The position numbers and the translations under genes are program-made. This document shows positions 19,501 to 28,137 of a DNA stretch of 50,979 nucleotides, piece by piece (positions within the stretch are counted from its first letter, which is position 1; the number at the start of each line of letters is the position of its first letter). Where the stretch lies: sequence record PZ445502.1; one strand, written 5' to 3'. Origin of the DNA: a phage. The notes below the pieces were generated by a model that worked only from the letters and a program-made list of their open reading frames with translations, made no database searches and was not told where the DNA came from.

Positions 19501-20113
19501 AATCATAGTGTGATGCATTTATAACCAAAACAGATGAAGCGGTGTAAATACCAACAGGTCCAGGAGTTTGTGCAACCTGCCTAGAAAAAGAGTAGATCCC
19601 GTTACCATACGCGGCAGCTTGAGACTCAAAAATCATGAATCCACCTAAAGCCGGATTAGGAACAGAGTTTAATGCTGTCAGTGATGGCATTATGGCGCAA
19701 GGATAGCCCATGTTAACATCAAATGCGATCCCGCTTACTCCTACTTGCTTTGCATCTAGCGGCCTCATTTTTCCATGATAAACCATTTCACCATGAGCAT
19801 TATAAAACGCTATGCCGTGACTACCTGGGGGAGTCACCATATTACTAAAAGCATAAACAATAACCTCACCCTGATTATCAGATCTATCAAGTCTTATTGC
19901 GTGCCTTCCACCATTGTTAAATTGCGTGAATGATATGTATGATTTAGCGGTCAATCTAACAAAGAAAAAACATACCCTATCAACAGGAATTGACGAAGTA
20001 AAAACGGTTCCGGTATTAGCAGATATTACGGCCCGATCAATTAGATTAACTGGAGTGAAATCTGGACTTAACCATAACGATCCGTCTGATTTTTTTATAC
20101 TCATCCCGTACAT
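19499..20113 (-). CDS. hypothetical protein (candidate receptor-binding accessory protein)
   Basis: 204 aa from ATG with GGGGGTGA SD (track begins at TTG 20125); sits between the gpJ-like gene and the lipoprotein gene. Confidence 0.45.
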   Translation of the reverse strand: MYGMSIKKSDGSLWLSPDFTPVNLIDRAVISANTGTVFTSSIPVDRVCFFFVRLTAKSYISFTQFNNGGRHAIRLDRSDNQGEVIVYAFSNMVTPPGSHGIAFYNAHGEMVYHGKMRPLDAKQVGVSGIAFDVNMGYPCAIMPSLTALNSVPNPALGGFMIFESQAAAYGNGIYSFSRQVAQTPGPVGIYTASSVLVINASHYD

Positions 20114-20115
20114 TA

Positions 20116-20394
20116 TCACCCCCAAAAAGTATATATATATCTTGAATCAGATCCAGAAAGCCCACTCCATGTAACGGTGTCGCCACTCACCCCTAAGTTT
20201 GGTGCGCCAGGGTCGCCACCACGCCAGGAATTCATGCCAACATATATTGCTTTCAATGATTTACCTGGCGGCCTGTTTTGGTAAGTCTTGCTACCTGATG
20301 GCTGAGTGAATTTATCAAGGAAGAAAACAGGCGTTAAAAGTCCTGTAACTTCCCTTCCTCGATCGTCATATATTGCATAACCATATTGCGCCAT
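20116..20394 (-). CDS. hypothetical protein
   Basis: 92 aa; GAGGTG SD; in operon with the lipoprotein gene. Confidence 0.45.
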   Translation of the reverse strand: MAQYGYAIYDDRGREVTGLLTPVFFLDKFTQPSGSKTYQNRPPGKSLKAIYVGMNSWRGGDPGAPNLGVSGDTVTWSGLSGSDSRYIYTFWG

Positions 20395-20663
20395 TAATTA
20401 CACCTCAAATCAATAAATTTACTTTCATTTTGCCAACGGTTGATAAATTTAACTTCTTTATTGTCAACGCTCAACCTGTATTGCTTTTGGCTGAATCTGT
20501 TTTCGCGGACTGCATTAATTTTGACTTCATGGAATCCGTTAACAGGGAATGTTTTAACGTTAAATTTTGCCGTGCAATCGATCTCCTTGAAGTTGCCAGT
20601 AGGCGACGCTGCGCATCCTGTCAGAGCGGCTACAGTGGCGATAACTGCGATTAACTTTTTCAT
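20394..20663 (-). CDS. small outer-membrane lipoprotein, Cor/Llp-like superinfection exclusion candidate
   Basis: 89 aa; signal peptide with lipobox LTGC; AAGGAG SD; next to the tail fibre region. Confidence 0.55.
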   Translation of the reverse strand: MKKLIAVIATVAALTGCAASPTGNFKEIDCTAKFNVKTFPVNGFHEVKINAVRENRFSQKQYRLSVDNKEVKFINRWQNESKFIDLRCN

Positions 20664-20694
20664 CTTTATATCTCCTTAGTTGTTGTTGTTTTCA

Positions 20695-20740
20695 ACTATA
20701 CACGATCTTGGGCATCGCGTTTAGCAAAAAGTGCTATTTG
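20695..20740 (-). promoter_or_regulatory. motif-class promoter (motif, ~21 nt, TATAGT) reading toward the lipoprotein operon
   Basis: minus strand reads AATAGCACTTTTTGCTAAAC then 21 nt then TATAGT. Confidence 0.5.
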
Positions 20741-21105
20741 TTATTTTTTGTTTTCCGGTGTTATCGAATTTAAGACGGCGTAAATTTAGCGCAAATTTTA
20801 TCCAACACAAGAACAATAAACAATCAATAAAATAGATATATACATATAAAATCAATAGTTTATTTATTTATGTATGTATATTTGTTTTTTCTTGTTGTCT
20901 GCGTTTCTTGTGGTTTTGGTTGTTTGTGGTGATTTTTCTTTCTGAGTATCTGTATGTGCCATCATTCATGTGTATGTATATAATCCGGCGTATCTGAGAG
21001 AACAGGGGAACAAGAAAAATAACACATATTAATCATTAACTTATGAGTCAAATCTGTTTTCTTGCCATCTGAGAACGTTTAGAAAACAGAAAAAACAAAA
21101 CAGCT

Positions 21106-21134
21106 ATTGACTAAATCAACCAAATGGCTACAAT
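21106..21134 (+). promoter_or_regulatory. sigma70-like promoter (TTGACT-N16-TACAAT)
   Basis: near-consensus hexamers at canonical spacing about 30 nt upstream of ATG 21165. Confidence 0.5.
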
Positions 21135-21164
21135 GCACGCATAAAGCAACAAGGAGCATTAAAG

Positions 21165-22220
21165 ATGAGTGATTTTAACGCCTACACTAGCGAAGAAATG
21201 AGCAACGAGCTTTATCATGATCCTAACGCGTGGACGGCTGAATATGTCAGCGGTTCCAGCCTGGCGGAGATTTACAGCACTTGCCCGGCGTACTGGAAGT
21301 ACAAGCCGCGCCAGGAAACTAAAGCACTTGTTTTCGGTACGCAGTCGCATACCAACTTTGAAAGCAAGGAGCTATTCGAAAAAACATATCGCCGCGCACC
21401 GTCGCAGGATGATTTTAAAGATCTGATCACTAGCCAAACGGCGTTAGCATCAAAGCTGAAATCTTTTGGCCTGAAAGGTACGACGGGTAAACAATACCCT
21501 GAATTACTGGAAATGCTGTACAAGTGCGGCGAGGATCTCAATGTGTGGTGGCTTATCGAAATGATGGCAGAATGCCAGGCCGCAGCGGACGGAGTGCAGT
21601 TAATAGACGCTAAAGATTATGATGCCTGTGTAGCGATGCGGCGCGTACTTGAGGCCATACCGGAGCATAACGCTTGCATGAACAGCCCAACCGCGCAGCG
21701 TGAAATGTCAATATTTGGGATCATCAACGGCGTAAAAGTAAAAGTGCGTCTTGATCACGTTGACGTAAACAAGGATGTAAAGGCAACAATCATTAACGGT
21801 TACGACGAAAAAGGCAGGCCGATTTATGAAGAAGTCACCTATCCAGAAGCGGTGATTATCACTGACTACAAAACAACGGTTAGCGCAAATCCGGTTGACT
21901 TCCAGCGCCTGGCTTACAATCACGGCTATTATCTTAAAATGGCTTTGCAACATGACTTATTCAAAAAGGCGTATCCAGACGAGGAAAGGCCAGTAATTGT
22001 AAGATTGCTTGCGCAGGAGAAGAAAGAGCCTTACTTGCCGCTTGCTTTCCGCATGAATATTGAGCAATTGAAGATCGGGCGCATCCAGTACATGAGCGTG
22101 ATCAACAAGTTCAACGTTTGCCAGCAGTTAGATGAATGGCCTTCGTATGCAAACGGACAACCAGAAATTGATCTTGATACTCCTGATTGGGTTCGTGCTC
22201 AATTCAGGCAGTATCTGTGA
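21165..22220 (+). CDS. putative recombination exonuclease (PD-(D/E)XK-type)
   Basis: 351 aa; ITDYKTT-type motif; first gene of an exonuclease / annealing protein / SSB block. Confidence 0.5.
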   Translation: MSDFNAYTSEEMSNELYHDPNAWTAEYVSGSSLAEIYSTCPAYWKYKPRQETKALVFGTQSHTNFESKELFEKTYRRAPSQDDFKDLITSQTALASKLKSFGLKGTTGKQYPELLEMLYKCGEDLNVWWLIEMMAECQAAADGVQLIDAKDYDACVAMRRVLEAIPEHNACMNSPTAQREMSIFGIINGVKVKVRLDHVDVNKDVKATIINGYDEKGRPIYEEVTYPEAVIITDYKTTVSANPVDFQRLAYNHGYYLKMALQHDLFKKAYPDEERPVIVRLLAQEKKEPYLPLAFRMNIEQLKIGRIQYMSVINKFNVCQQLDEWPSYANGQPEIDLDTPDWVRAQFRQYL

Positions 22221-22292
22221 CAAACTAAACAAATAGCTAAACTTTTATAATGGTTGGTGATATAATTCACCAACCAGATAACGGGAGAATGA

Positions 22293-22949
<657 letters not shown>

Positions 22950-22950
22950 T

Positions 22951-22977
22951 AAACGGGGCGCTTGCGCCCCTTTTGTC
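22951..22977 (+). terminator. terminator-like hairpin
   Basis: GGGGCGCTTGCGCCCC followed by TTTTGT. Confidence 0.45.
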
Positions 22978-22992
22978 ATAGGAGAAAACAAA

Positions 22993-23445
22993 ATGCACGT
23001 TATTACAGGTGAGATTCGAAAAGAGCCAAAAGTAAAGCAAATGCCTAACGGCAGCACGCTATATGTTATTGAGCTTTCCGAGCGATACAAAGACCGAGAA
23101 GGAAATTGGCAGTATACAAACTATGTGTTTTTCTTTAACGCGAAAACAGACGGCCTGAATGGTTGGTATGCCGAGGCGTTCCAGGTAGGCAAGGTTGTTT
23201 CTGTTTCCTGCGATACCTTGCGAGTTGAAACGCGAGAATACAACGGAAAGATTTACAGCACCGTGCAGCCTGGCGGATTTGCAAACTTGCTATTTAGCCA
23301 GAGAGGTGAAAGCCAGCAACAATATCAGCAGCGAACGCAAGGAGGCTGGGGGCAACCACAACAGCAACAGCAACAAAATACTCAACAGCAGCCGCAGCAA
23401 AGCAATCAGCCTCCGATTGACTTTGACGATGATATACCATTCTGA
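22993..23445 (+). CDS. ssb: single-stranded DNA-binding protein
   Basis: 150 aa from ATG 22993 with GGAG upstream; Gln-rich linker; C-terminal tail DFDDDIPF as in E. coli SSB. Confidence 0.85.
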   Translation: MHVITGEIRKEPKVKQMPNGSTLYVIELSERYKDREGNWQYTNYVFFFNAKTDGLNGWYAEAFQVGKVVSVSCDTLRVETREYNGKIYSTVQPGGFANLLFSQRGESQQQYQQRTQGGWGQPQQQQQQNTQQQPQQSNQPPIDFDDDIPF

Positions 23446-23449
23446 TAAC

Positions 23450-23480
23450 AAAATGCCCCGCATATGCGGGGCATTTTTTA
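23450..23480. terminator. bidirectional rho-independent terminator
   Basis: AAAA-TGCCCCGCATATGCGGGGCA-TTTTTT between convergent ssb and fibre genes. Confidence 0.65.
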
Positions 23481-24215
23481 GTCTAACGTGGTTGGTTTGT
23501 TTACCAGTGCCGCTACAACCGCTTTTAGCTCGTCAATTTCTTTTCTCATCTCATCGTTTTCCGCTTTCAGTTTCTTAACGTGGTGAATCAGTGGAACAGT
23601 TAGGCGGTCATACATAACGCCTTCCGCCACCATGCCATTACTTGAAGCAATGGCAGGATCTTCTCCTTCTTGCAGCGGTCGCCAGTGAACGTACTCCGGA
23701 GCAATTTCTCCAACCTCTTCCGCGATTAGCCCGTACCATCCCCAATCTTTACGGTCGCTTTCACAAGTTGACCGATACCACACAGGACGCATTTCAAGCA
23801 TCAGATCCGCATATTCATCAATAACCGATTCTACGCTGCGCTTATAACGAGAAGAGGAAGTTGAGCGTAAAACTTGCGACACTCCAGCATTTGGATCAAG
23901 CCATAAGTTTGCTGATTGAGCGGTTGTGTTAATATTAAATAAATAAAATGCATCGTTACCAGTTAGGGGGTAAAAACTCCCACTATACCTTCCGCTACCC
24001 AACTCGGATGATAGATCAGTTTGTTTTAGATACGGTTTCAACTTATTGTCAACATCAGCAGTTGATGCTTTTCCTGCAACATCCTGTTTTAGTGTCGAAA
24101 CATCACTTTTCAGCTTCGTTATATCACCAGGAATAGTAGCAACATCCTGTTTTATCGTAGAAACATCATTTTTCAGCTTCGTTATATCACTAGGTATAAC
24201 AGTGACTGTAGCCAT
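23478..24215 (-). CDS. short tail fibre with C-terminal intramolecular chaperone (peptidase S74-like) domain
   Basis: 245 aa; two tandem 21-aa repeats at the N-terminus from a ~63-bp DNA repeat; C-terminal region resembling the self-cleaving fibre chaperone domain. Confidence 0.55.
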   Translation of the reverse strand: MATVTVIPSDITKLKNDVSTIKQDVATIPGDITKLKSDVSTLKQDVAGKASTADVDNKLKPYLKQTDLSSELGSGRYSGSFYPLTGNDAFYLFNINTTAQSANLWLDPNAGVSQVLRSTSSSRYKRSVESVIDEYADLMLEMRPVWYRSTCESDRKDWGWYGLIAEEVGEIAPEYVHWRPLQEGEDPAIASSNGMVAEGVMYDRLTVPLIHHVKKLKAENDEMRKEIDELKAVVAALVNKPTTLD

Positions 24216-24227
24216 TTTCCTAACTCC

Positions 24228-24506
24228 TTAAGCCCATTCTCTAATCGGCTGATCTAACTCAACCACGTAGCCGTTAAAAATTACGGCATCAAACTTATCA
24301 TCAATGATTCGCACATTGACGAAATAGCCGTCGTTCTTTCGCGCAATCTCATCGCCATCGTCAGATCGTGCAATTACTGTGTAAGTATTGCCGATTACAT
24401 CGAGCAGGATTGCATCCTGAATGGATTCGTTTTCGTTCCATTCAATTTCTTCCAGAAAGGCGGAAAAATCCGCCTTGTCTAAAAATTTCAGTGTTAAATC
24501 ACGCAT
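24228..24506 (-). CDS. hypothetical protein (possible fibre assembly factor)
   Basis: 92 aa from ATG 24506, TAATG overlap with the stop of the upstream fibre gene. Confidence 0.4.
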   Translation of the reverse strand: MRDLTLKFLDKADFSAFLEEIEWNENESIQDAILLDVIGNTYTVIARSDDGDEIARKNDGYFVNVRIIDDKFDAVIFNGYVVELDQPIREWA

Positions 24507-26482
24507 TATACAATTTCCCCCAATTGATGATCTGTTAGTGCCTTGTGCCATATACGGAAGTTTCTAACGTGCCCGAAAAGATGGCGTTCGCCCGTAGTTG
24601 TTTGTCCGCCAATCCTTATAGTAGCCGTTGATTCTATGTATCTCCATTCCGTTTTTGTTTCGCTTGATATTCTGGCATTACTTACACAGCAATTATTGTA
24701 ATCACTCTTTACTCTCATTCCCATGATCATCTTTTTTAGTTTTGCATTCTCGTAAACCCTTCTGTTTGATCCACCTATATCGCAATAAGGGAATCCATCA
24801 TTATCGCCCTCGGCAGATCCGAAAGCAAGAATAATTGCCGCACCAGATTGATGACCTACAGTATCAAAAACACGAGGCGCAGCATTTGGCGTTATACTCC
24901 AGTTTTTATTAGCTTCCACAAGAACTGTAAACGGCAAATTGTAAAGGTTGTTTTTTATTGGCACTGAAACCATATCGCTTGCCCTTGTTACTGGATTTTC
25001 TTCTGTAATTATGAAAGAAGAGGCACAAGATCCTCCCTCAACTTGTGGAGTTGCAATATAAATGTAATCATCCGCGCCAGTGCCCACTCCTTTTGCCGGG
25101 GCATACTGAACCATTCCACCTATCATATTTTCTGTATCAAGTGCCTTAATTGTCGCCTCAAAAAAGATCCATTTGCTTGCTTCATCTTTAACAGCCCTTG
25201 CAGTAATACGATTTGCAGCGACGCCAGTTTTTTCAATTGATAAATCTGTCAGATTTACGTAAGCATCACCCAAAAATGCATAAGCAGATCCATCGTAGTT
25301 TTCAAATCGTAATCGGCATCTTAAATTTGGAGTCCCACTTTGCGCCCTGCATGATATGGTTACATACTTTTCATTTCCTGTTACATCAAAACCTCTACTG
25401 CCGGAAACGGTTACTATGTTAATCGCTGAAGTTTGCCCTACCATTTCTGGTTTTAATGTAAATTTTGCGTACTGGAATCCGAAATTATCCACACCTGATC
25501 TAGCTAAGATCATATTTGATGACTTGTTCCATTTTGAAGGATTGACGCTATTTATAAGAAGGTTTGTTCTTTGCCCCTCAATGAGCAGACCATCCTTTTC
25601 AAATCTAGGTTCATCAATAGCAGCATTAGTAAGCACCCCAGACTTATTAATGTAAGTAGCGGTTGATGCGCGTTTAAACTTAACAATCTTGTCACCTGGC
25701 ATCGTGATCTCATCGTCACCTATAACAATCTTTTTATATGACGGAGAGAATCCGGTGATCATATCCAGGGAATCATTAAACGGTATCCACACGTCCGGCA
25801 ACGGTTGCAATAAATCTTTGTAAGGTTCTGCGGCCTGCTTTGCGTATTCCTCCGCTTGATCTCGCGCACTTTCAGCTCCTGCCTTTGCAGTGTTCGCAGC
25901 GTCACGCGCGGATTCAGCGCCTTTTCTTGCAGTTTCAGCGCCAGTCTTTGCAGTGTTTGCAGCGTCGCGCGCGGATTCAGCGGCAGCCTTTGCAGTGTCA
26001 GCACCTTTCTTGCTATTCTCTGCATTTGTTGCGCTTGTCTTTGCGTTATTCTCGCTAGTTTTAGCTGCCTTCTGGCTTGCTGCGGCTGCGTCAGCATTTG
26101 TCTTTACGTCTTCCTGGATCTTCTGTAGCTTATCCCAATCAAAATCCTTGATGATCTCAATAAATCCAGCAAACTCCGATTCCTTCCCCTGGTAATAACG
26201 CAACGTTTCCGCTACGTCTTGCGCAAGACCGTCAACCGTTAACGAGTCATGAAGCAAGATCAGGTAATTTGTCTTCTGTACTACCGCGCCGCCAGTAGTA
26301 ATTGCGCGAATGCTTGTATCGCTAATCACTTCTGTAATCACAGCAGCTTGCAAAGGTTGAGAAAGAAAGAAAATAGTTGCACCTGGGCGAATCAAGGTTA
26401 ATTGCTCACGCCATTTTGTACCGTAACCAGTTACATATCCTTGCGCGTCCATAGACGCTTGGCCTTGTCTGTAAATCGCCAT
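24506..26482 (-). CDS. long tail fibre protein with Ala-rich repeat region
   Basis: 658 aa from ATG 26482 with AGGAGG SD (track begins at 26506); N-terminal region with repeated AKxxAExARDAANTAK units; beta-rich C-terminal part. Confidence 0.55.
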   Translation of the reverse strand: MAIYRQGQASMDAQGYVTGYGTKWREQLTLIRPGATIFFLSQPLQAAVITEVISDTSIRAITTGGAVVQKTNYLILLHDSLTVDGLAQDVAETLRYYQGKESEFAGFIEIIKDFDWDKLQKIQEDVKTNADAAAASQKAAKTSENNAKTSATNAENSKKGADTAKAAAESARDAANTAKTGAETARKGAESARDAANTAKAGAESARDQAEEYAKQAAEPYKDLLQPLPDVWIPFNDSLDMITGFSPSYKKIVIGDDEITMPGDKIVKFKRASTATYINKSGVLTNAAIDEPRFEKDGLLIEGQRTNLLINSVNPSKWNKSSNMILARSGVDNFGFQYAKFTLKPEMVGQTSAINIVTVSGSRGFDVTGNEKYVTISCRAQSGTPNLRCRLRFENYDGSAYAFLGDAYVNLTDLSIEKTGVAANRITARAVKDEASKWIFFEATIKALDTENMIGGMVQYAPAKGVGTGADDYIYIATPQVEGGSCASSFIITEENPVTRASDMVSVPIKNNLYNLPFTVLVEANKNWSITPNAAPRVFDTVGHQSGAAIILAFGSAEGDNDGFPYCDIGGSNRRVYENAKLKKMIMGMRVKSDYNNCCVSNARISSETKTEWRYIESTATIRIGGQTTTGERHLFGHVRNFRIWHKALTDHQLGEIV

Positions 26483-26497
26483 TTGTAAAATCCTCCT

Positions 26498-26516
26498 AAA
26501 TAGCACTTTTTGCTAA
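26498..26516 (+). promoter_or_regulatory. conserved motif, directly upstream (opposite orientation) of the SD of the long fibre gene
   Basis: plus strand AATAGCACTTTTTGCTAA; minus strand reads TTAGCAAAAAGTGCTAT then TTAGGAGG then ATG. Confidence 0.45.
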
Positions 26517-26547
26517 TGACAATGCAGATAATAGCATTTTCAAGTGC

Positions 26548-26580
26548 AAAAAAAAACCCCGCATAAGCGGGGCAATACTA
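26548..26580 (-). terminator. rho-independent terminator downstream of primase
   Basis: minus strand CCCCGCTTATGCGGGG followed by a T-run. Confidence 0.6.
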
Positions 26581-26588
26581 GCGGAGTT

Positions 26589-27518
26589 TTATAGCAGTGA
26601 TTCAGGCTTGTAGATTTTTCTTTCTACGCCCTGTTTAAAATTATCGTTAACAGGCATCATTATGTCAAGCCCTCTTTCCTCTGCCGCGATTATCACATCA
26701 CGATCATCTTTCCGGCAGACTACGCGCATTCTTCTTTCTCCTTTATATCTATGCGCAACCATTTCAAGATTTGAAGGAGTAAAACAGGCCCACACCTCTT
26801 GACCAGTTGATAAATGAACATGCTGAGAATCAACCCAATCAAGGCACAAATAGATCGTCTTATCTGTGCTACCTGTTTTAACAACAGATCCGCGCGTGTA
26901 GTCGCGAGCTAAAAACCAATCCTTTCCATCCTCATCAATGAAAAGCACGTTACACATTTCATCATCCAGCCCGTCATCATGCACCAGGTGACAAGGTAGC
27001 GCGTGAATGTATCGACCATCCTTGACGCCGCAATCATAATGACAATCTTCCGGCGGATATATCCCCTCATAAACGCTTAAAGGTGTGCGATCGAATTTTA
27101 ATGTTTTTGCCATCACTTTTTCGCAACATTCATGACTTGCCTGTTTCCCGAACGAGTAACCAGAAGAACGCGAAGCGCGTTTGTTTGCTCTGATCCTGTA
27201 ATCTTGTGGCACTTTTCCGAGGAATCGGCCCAAAATGTTGATGGCCTCGCTGTAAGGTTCGCCAGTTAATTTCATTAACCAACCGATCCCCGTGTCGTTG
27301 CCGCATACGTTGCAGATCGCGCCGCCGTCGCCCTCTTCATTTAGCTTATCAGTCCACCTAAAACGATCCTTACCGCCGCAGTGTGGGCAAGGTTGATGCT
27401 TTTTGTTGAAAACATCGCTATGCAGTCCGCAAATGCTTTGTAGTGCTTCACGCCATAACCCCTTCATATATGGCAAAACATCTTCTTTCTGATAGGTCAT
27501 AAAGTTTTCAGTATTCAT
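26589..27518 (-). CDS. DNA primase-like protein
   Basis: about 309 aa from ATG 27518 with GAGGT SD; zinc-ribbon CPHCGG...CNVCG; adjacent to the helicase region. Confidence 0.5.
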   Translation of the reverse strand: MNTENFMTYQKEDVLPYMKGLWREALQSICGLHSDVFNKKHQPCPHCGGKDRFRWTDKLNEEGDGGAICNVCGNDTGIGWLMKLTGEPYSEAINILGRFLGKVPQDYRIRANKRASRSSGYSFGKQASHECCEKVMAKTLKFDRTPLSVYEGIYPPEDCHYDCGVKDGRYIHALPCHLVHDDGLDDEMCNVLFIDEDGKDWFLARDYTRGSVVKTGSTDKTIYLCLDWVDSQHVHLSTGQEVWACFTPSNLEMVAHRYKGERRMRVVCRKDDRDVIIAAEERGLDIMMPVNDNFKQGVERKIYKPESLL

Positions 27519-27573
27519 GGCAAACCTCAATAAAAAAGCCCAGCAAATATTATCATTTCGCTGAGCCTTATCA

Positions 27574-28050
27574 TTAGCTATTTGTGCTGTTATCACCTTT
27601 GTAGAATCGTCCGCCTGGTTCGTAGTCTGAATTCTTGACTACGCGCAACATTTCGTATTTGTCGCAACGGGTAGTAAGAGGCTTACCGTTAGAATCAAAC
27701 CGCAGATCTGGACGACAAAATGATGCGCGGTATCCTTTGCATCCATTATATTTGTAGTCGTTATGCACCTTTTGTGCTCCAGCGGCTGAAATCATACCAC
27801 GCTTTCGCCATTGGTTAACGACTTGCTGAGATACGCGTAGACGTCGAGCCATAGCAGGAACACCGCCATAATACTCGATCAGAATATCCAAGCGAGATTT
27901 CAGGCTTGCTTTTACCTCATCTCGCAGGATAAGAAATCCGGTTCGGTGTTTTCGTGGCTTTTTGTCTTTACCTCGTCGCGTTCCGTTGTTACCGTTAATA
28001 GTGCGCTTGTCGATCTCACCCGTAGACACCGCAATTCGTGCATCTTTCAT
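27574..28050 (-). CDS. putative HTH DNA-binding protein
   Basis: 158 aa; helix-turn-helix-like segment VPAMARRLRVSQQVVNQWRKRG; GAGGTGA SD. Confidence 0.4.
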   Translation of the reverse strand: MKDARIAVSTGEIDKRTINGNNGTRRGKDKKPRKHRTGFLILRDEVKASLKSRLDILIEYYGGVPAMARRLRVSQQVVNQWRKRGMISAAGAQKVHNDYKYNGCKGYRASFCRPDLRFDSNGKPLTTRCDKYEMLRVVKNSDYEPGGRFYKGDNSTNS

Positions 28051-28061
28051 CTAGTCACCTC

Positions 28062-28105
28062 ATAGCATTTTTTGTTAAAACAGTTTATTGTAATGAGTCT
28101 ATTAT
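28062..28105 (+). promoter_or_regulatory. motif-class promoter (motif, ~21 nt, TATTAT) for the helicase operon
   Basis: ATAGCATTTTTTGTTAAAAC then TATTAT; the same element lies just upstream of the SD of the divergent HTH gene. Confidence 0.5.
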
Positions 28106-28137
28106 ATACTCCAAATGGCATTTTTTAAAGGTTTAAG

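Noticed and set aside
20700-21160. Possible CRISPR array, IS element or att site in the AT-rich regions
   Set aside because: There are no regular direct repeats with unique spacers and no terminal inverted repeats or transposase; with no integrase or repressor anywhere in the genome, a regulatory or origin role is more plausible.
23300-23400. CAG/CAA-rich stretch as a possible simple-sequence repeat
   Set aside because: It is in frame inside ssb and encodes the Gln-rich linker, so it is coding low complexity rather than an independent repeat.
23195-23578. 127-aa plus-strand ORF overlapping the ssb 3' end and the bidirectional terminator
   Set aside because: It runs through the terminator hairpin and antisense into the fibre gene, with no SD.
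25840-26195. Three overlapping plus-strand ORFs (25840..26058, 25856..26128, 25890..26195) with Cys/Ala/Leu-rich products
   Set aside because: They are created by the tandem DNA repeats inside the long tail fibre gene on the other strand; the products are repetitive and improbable.
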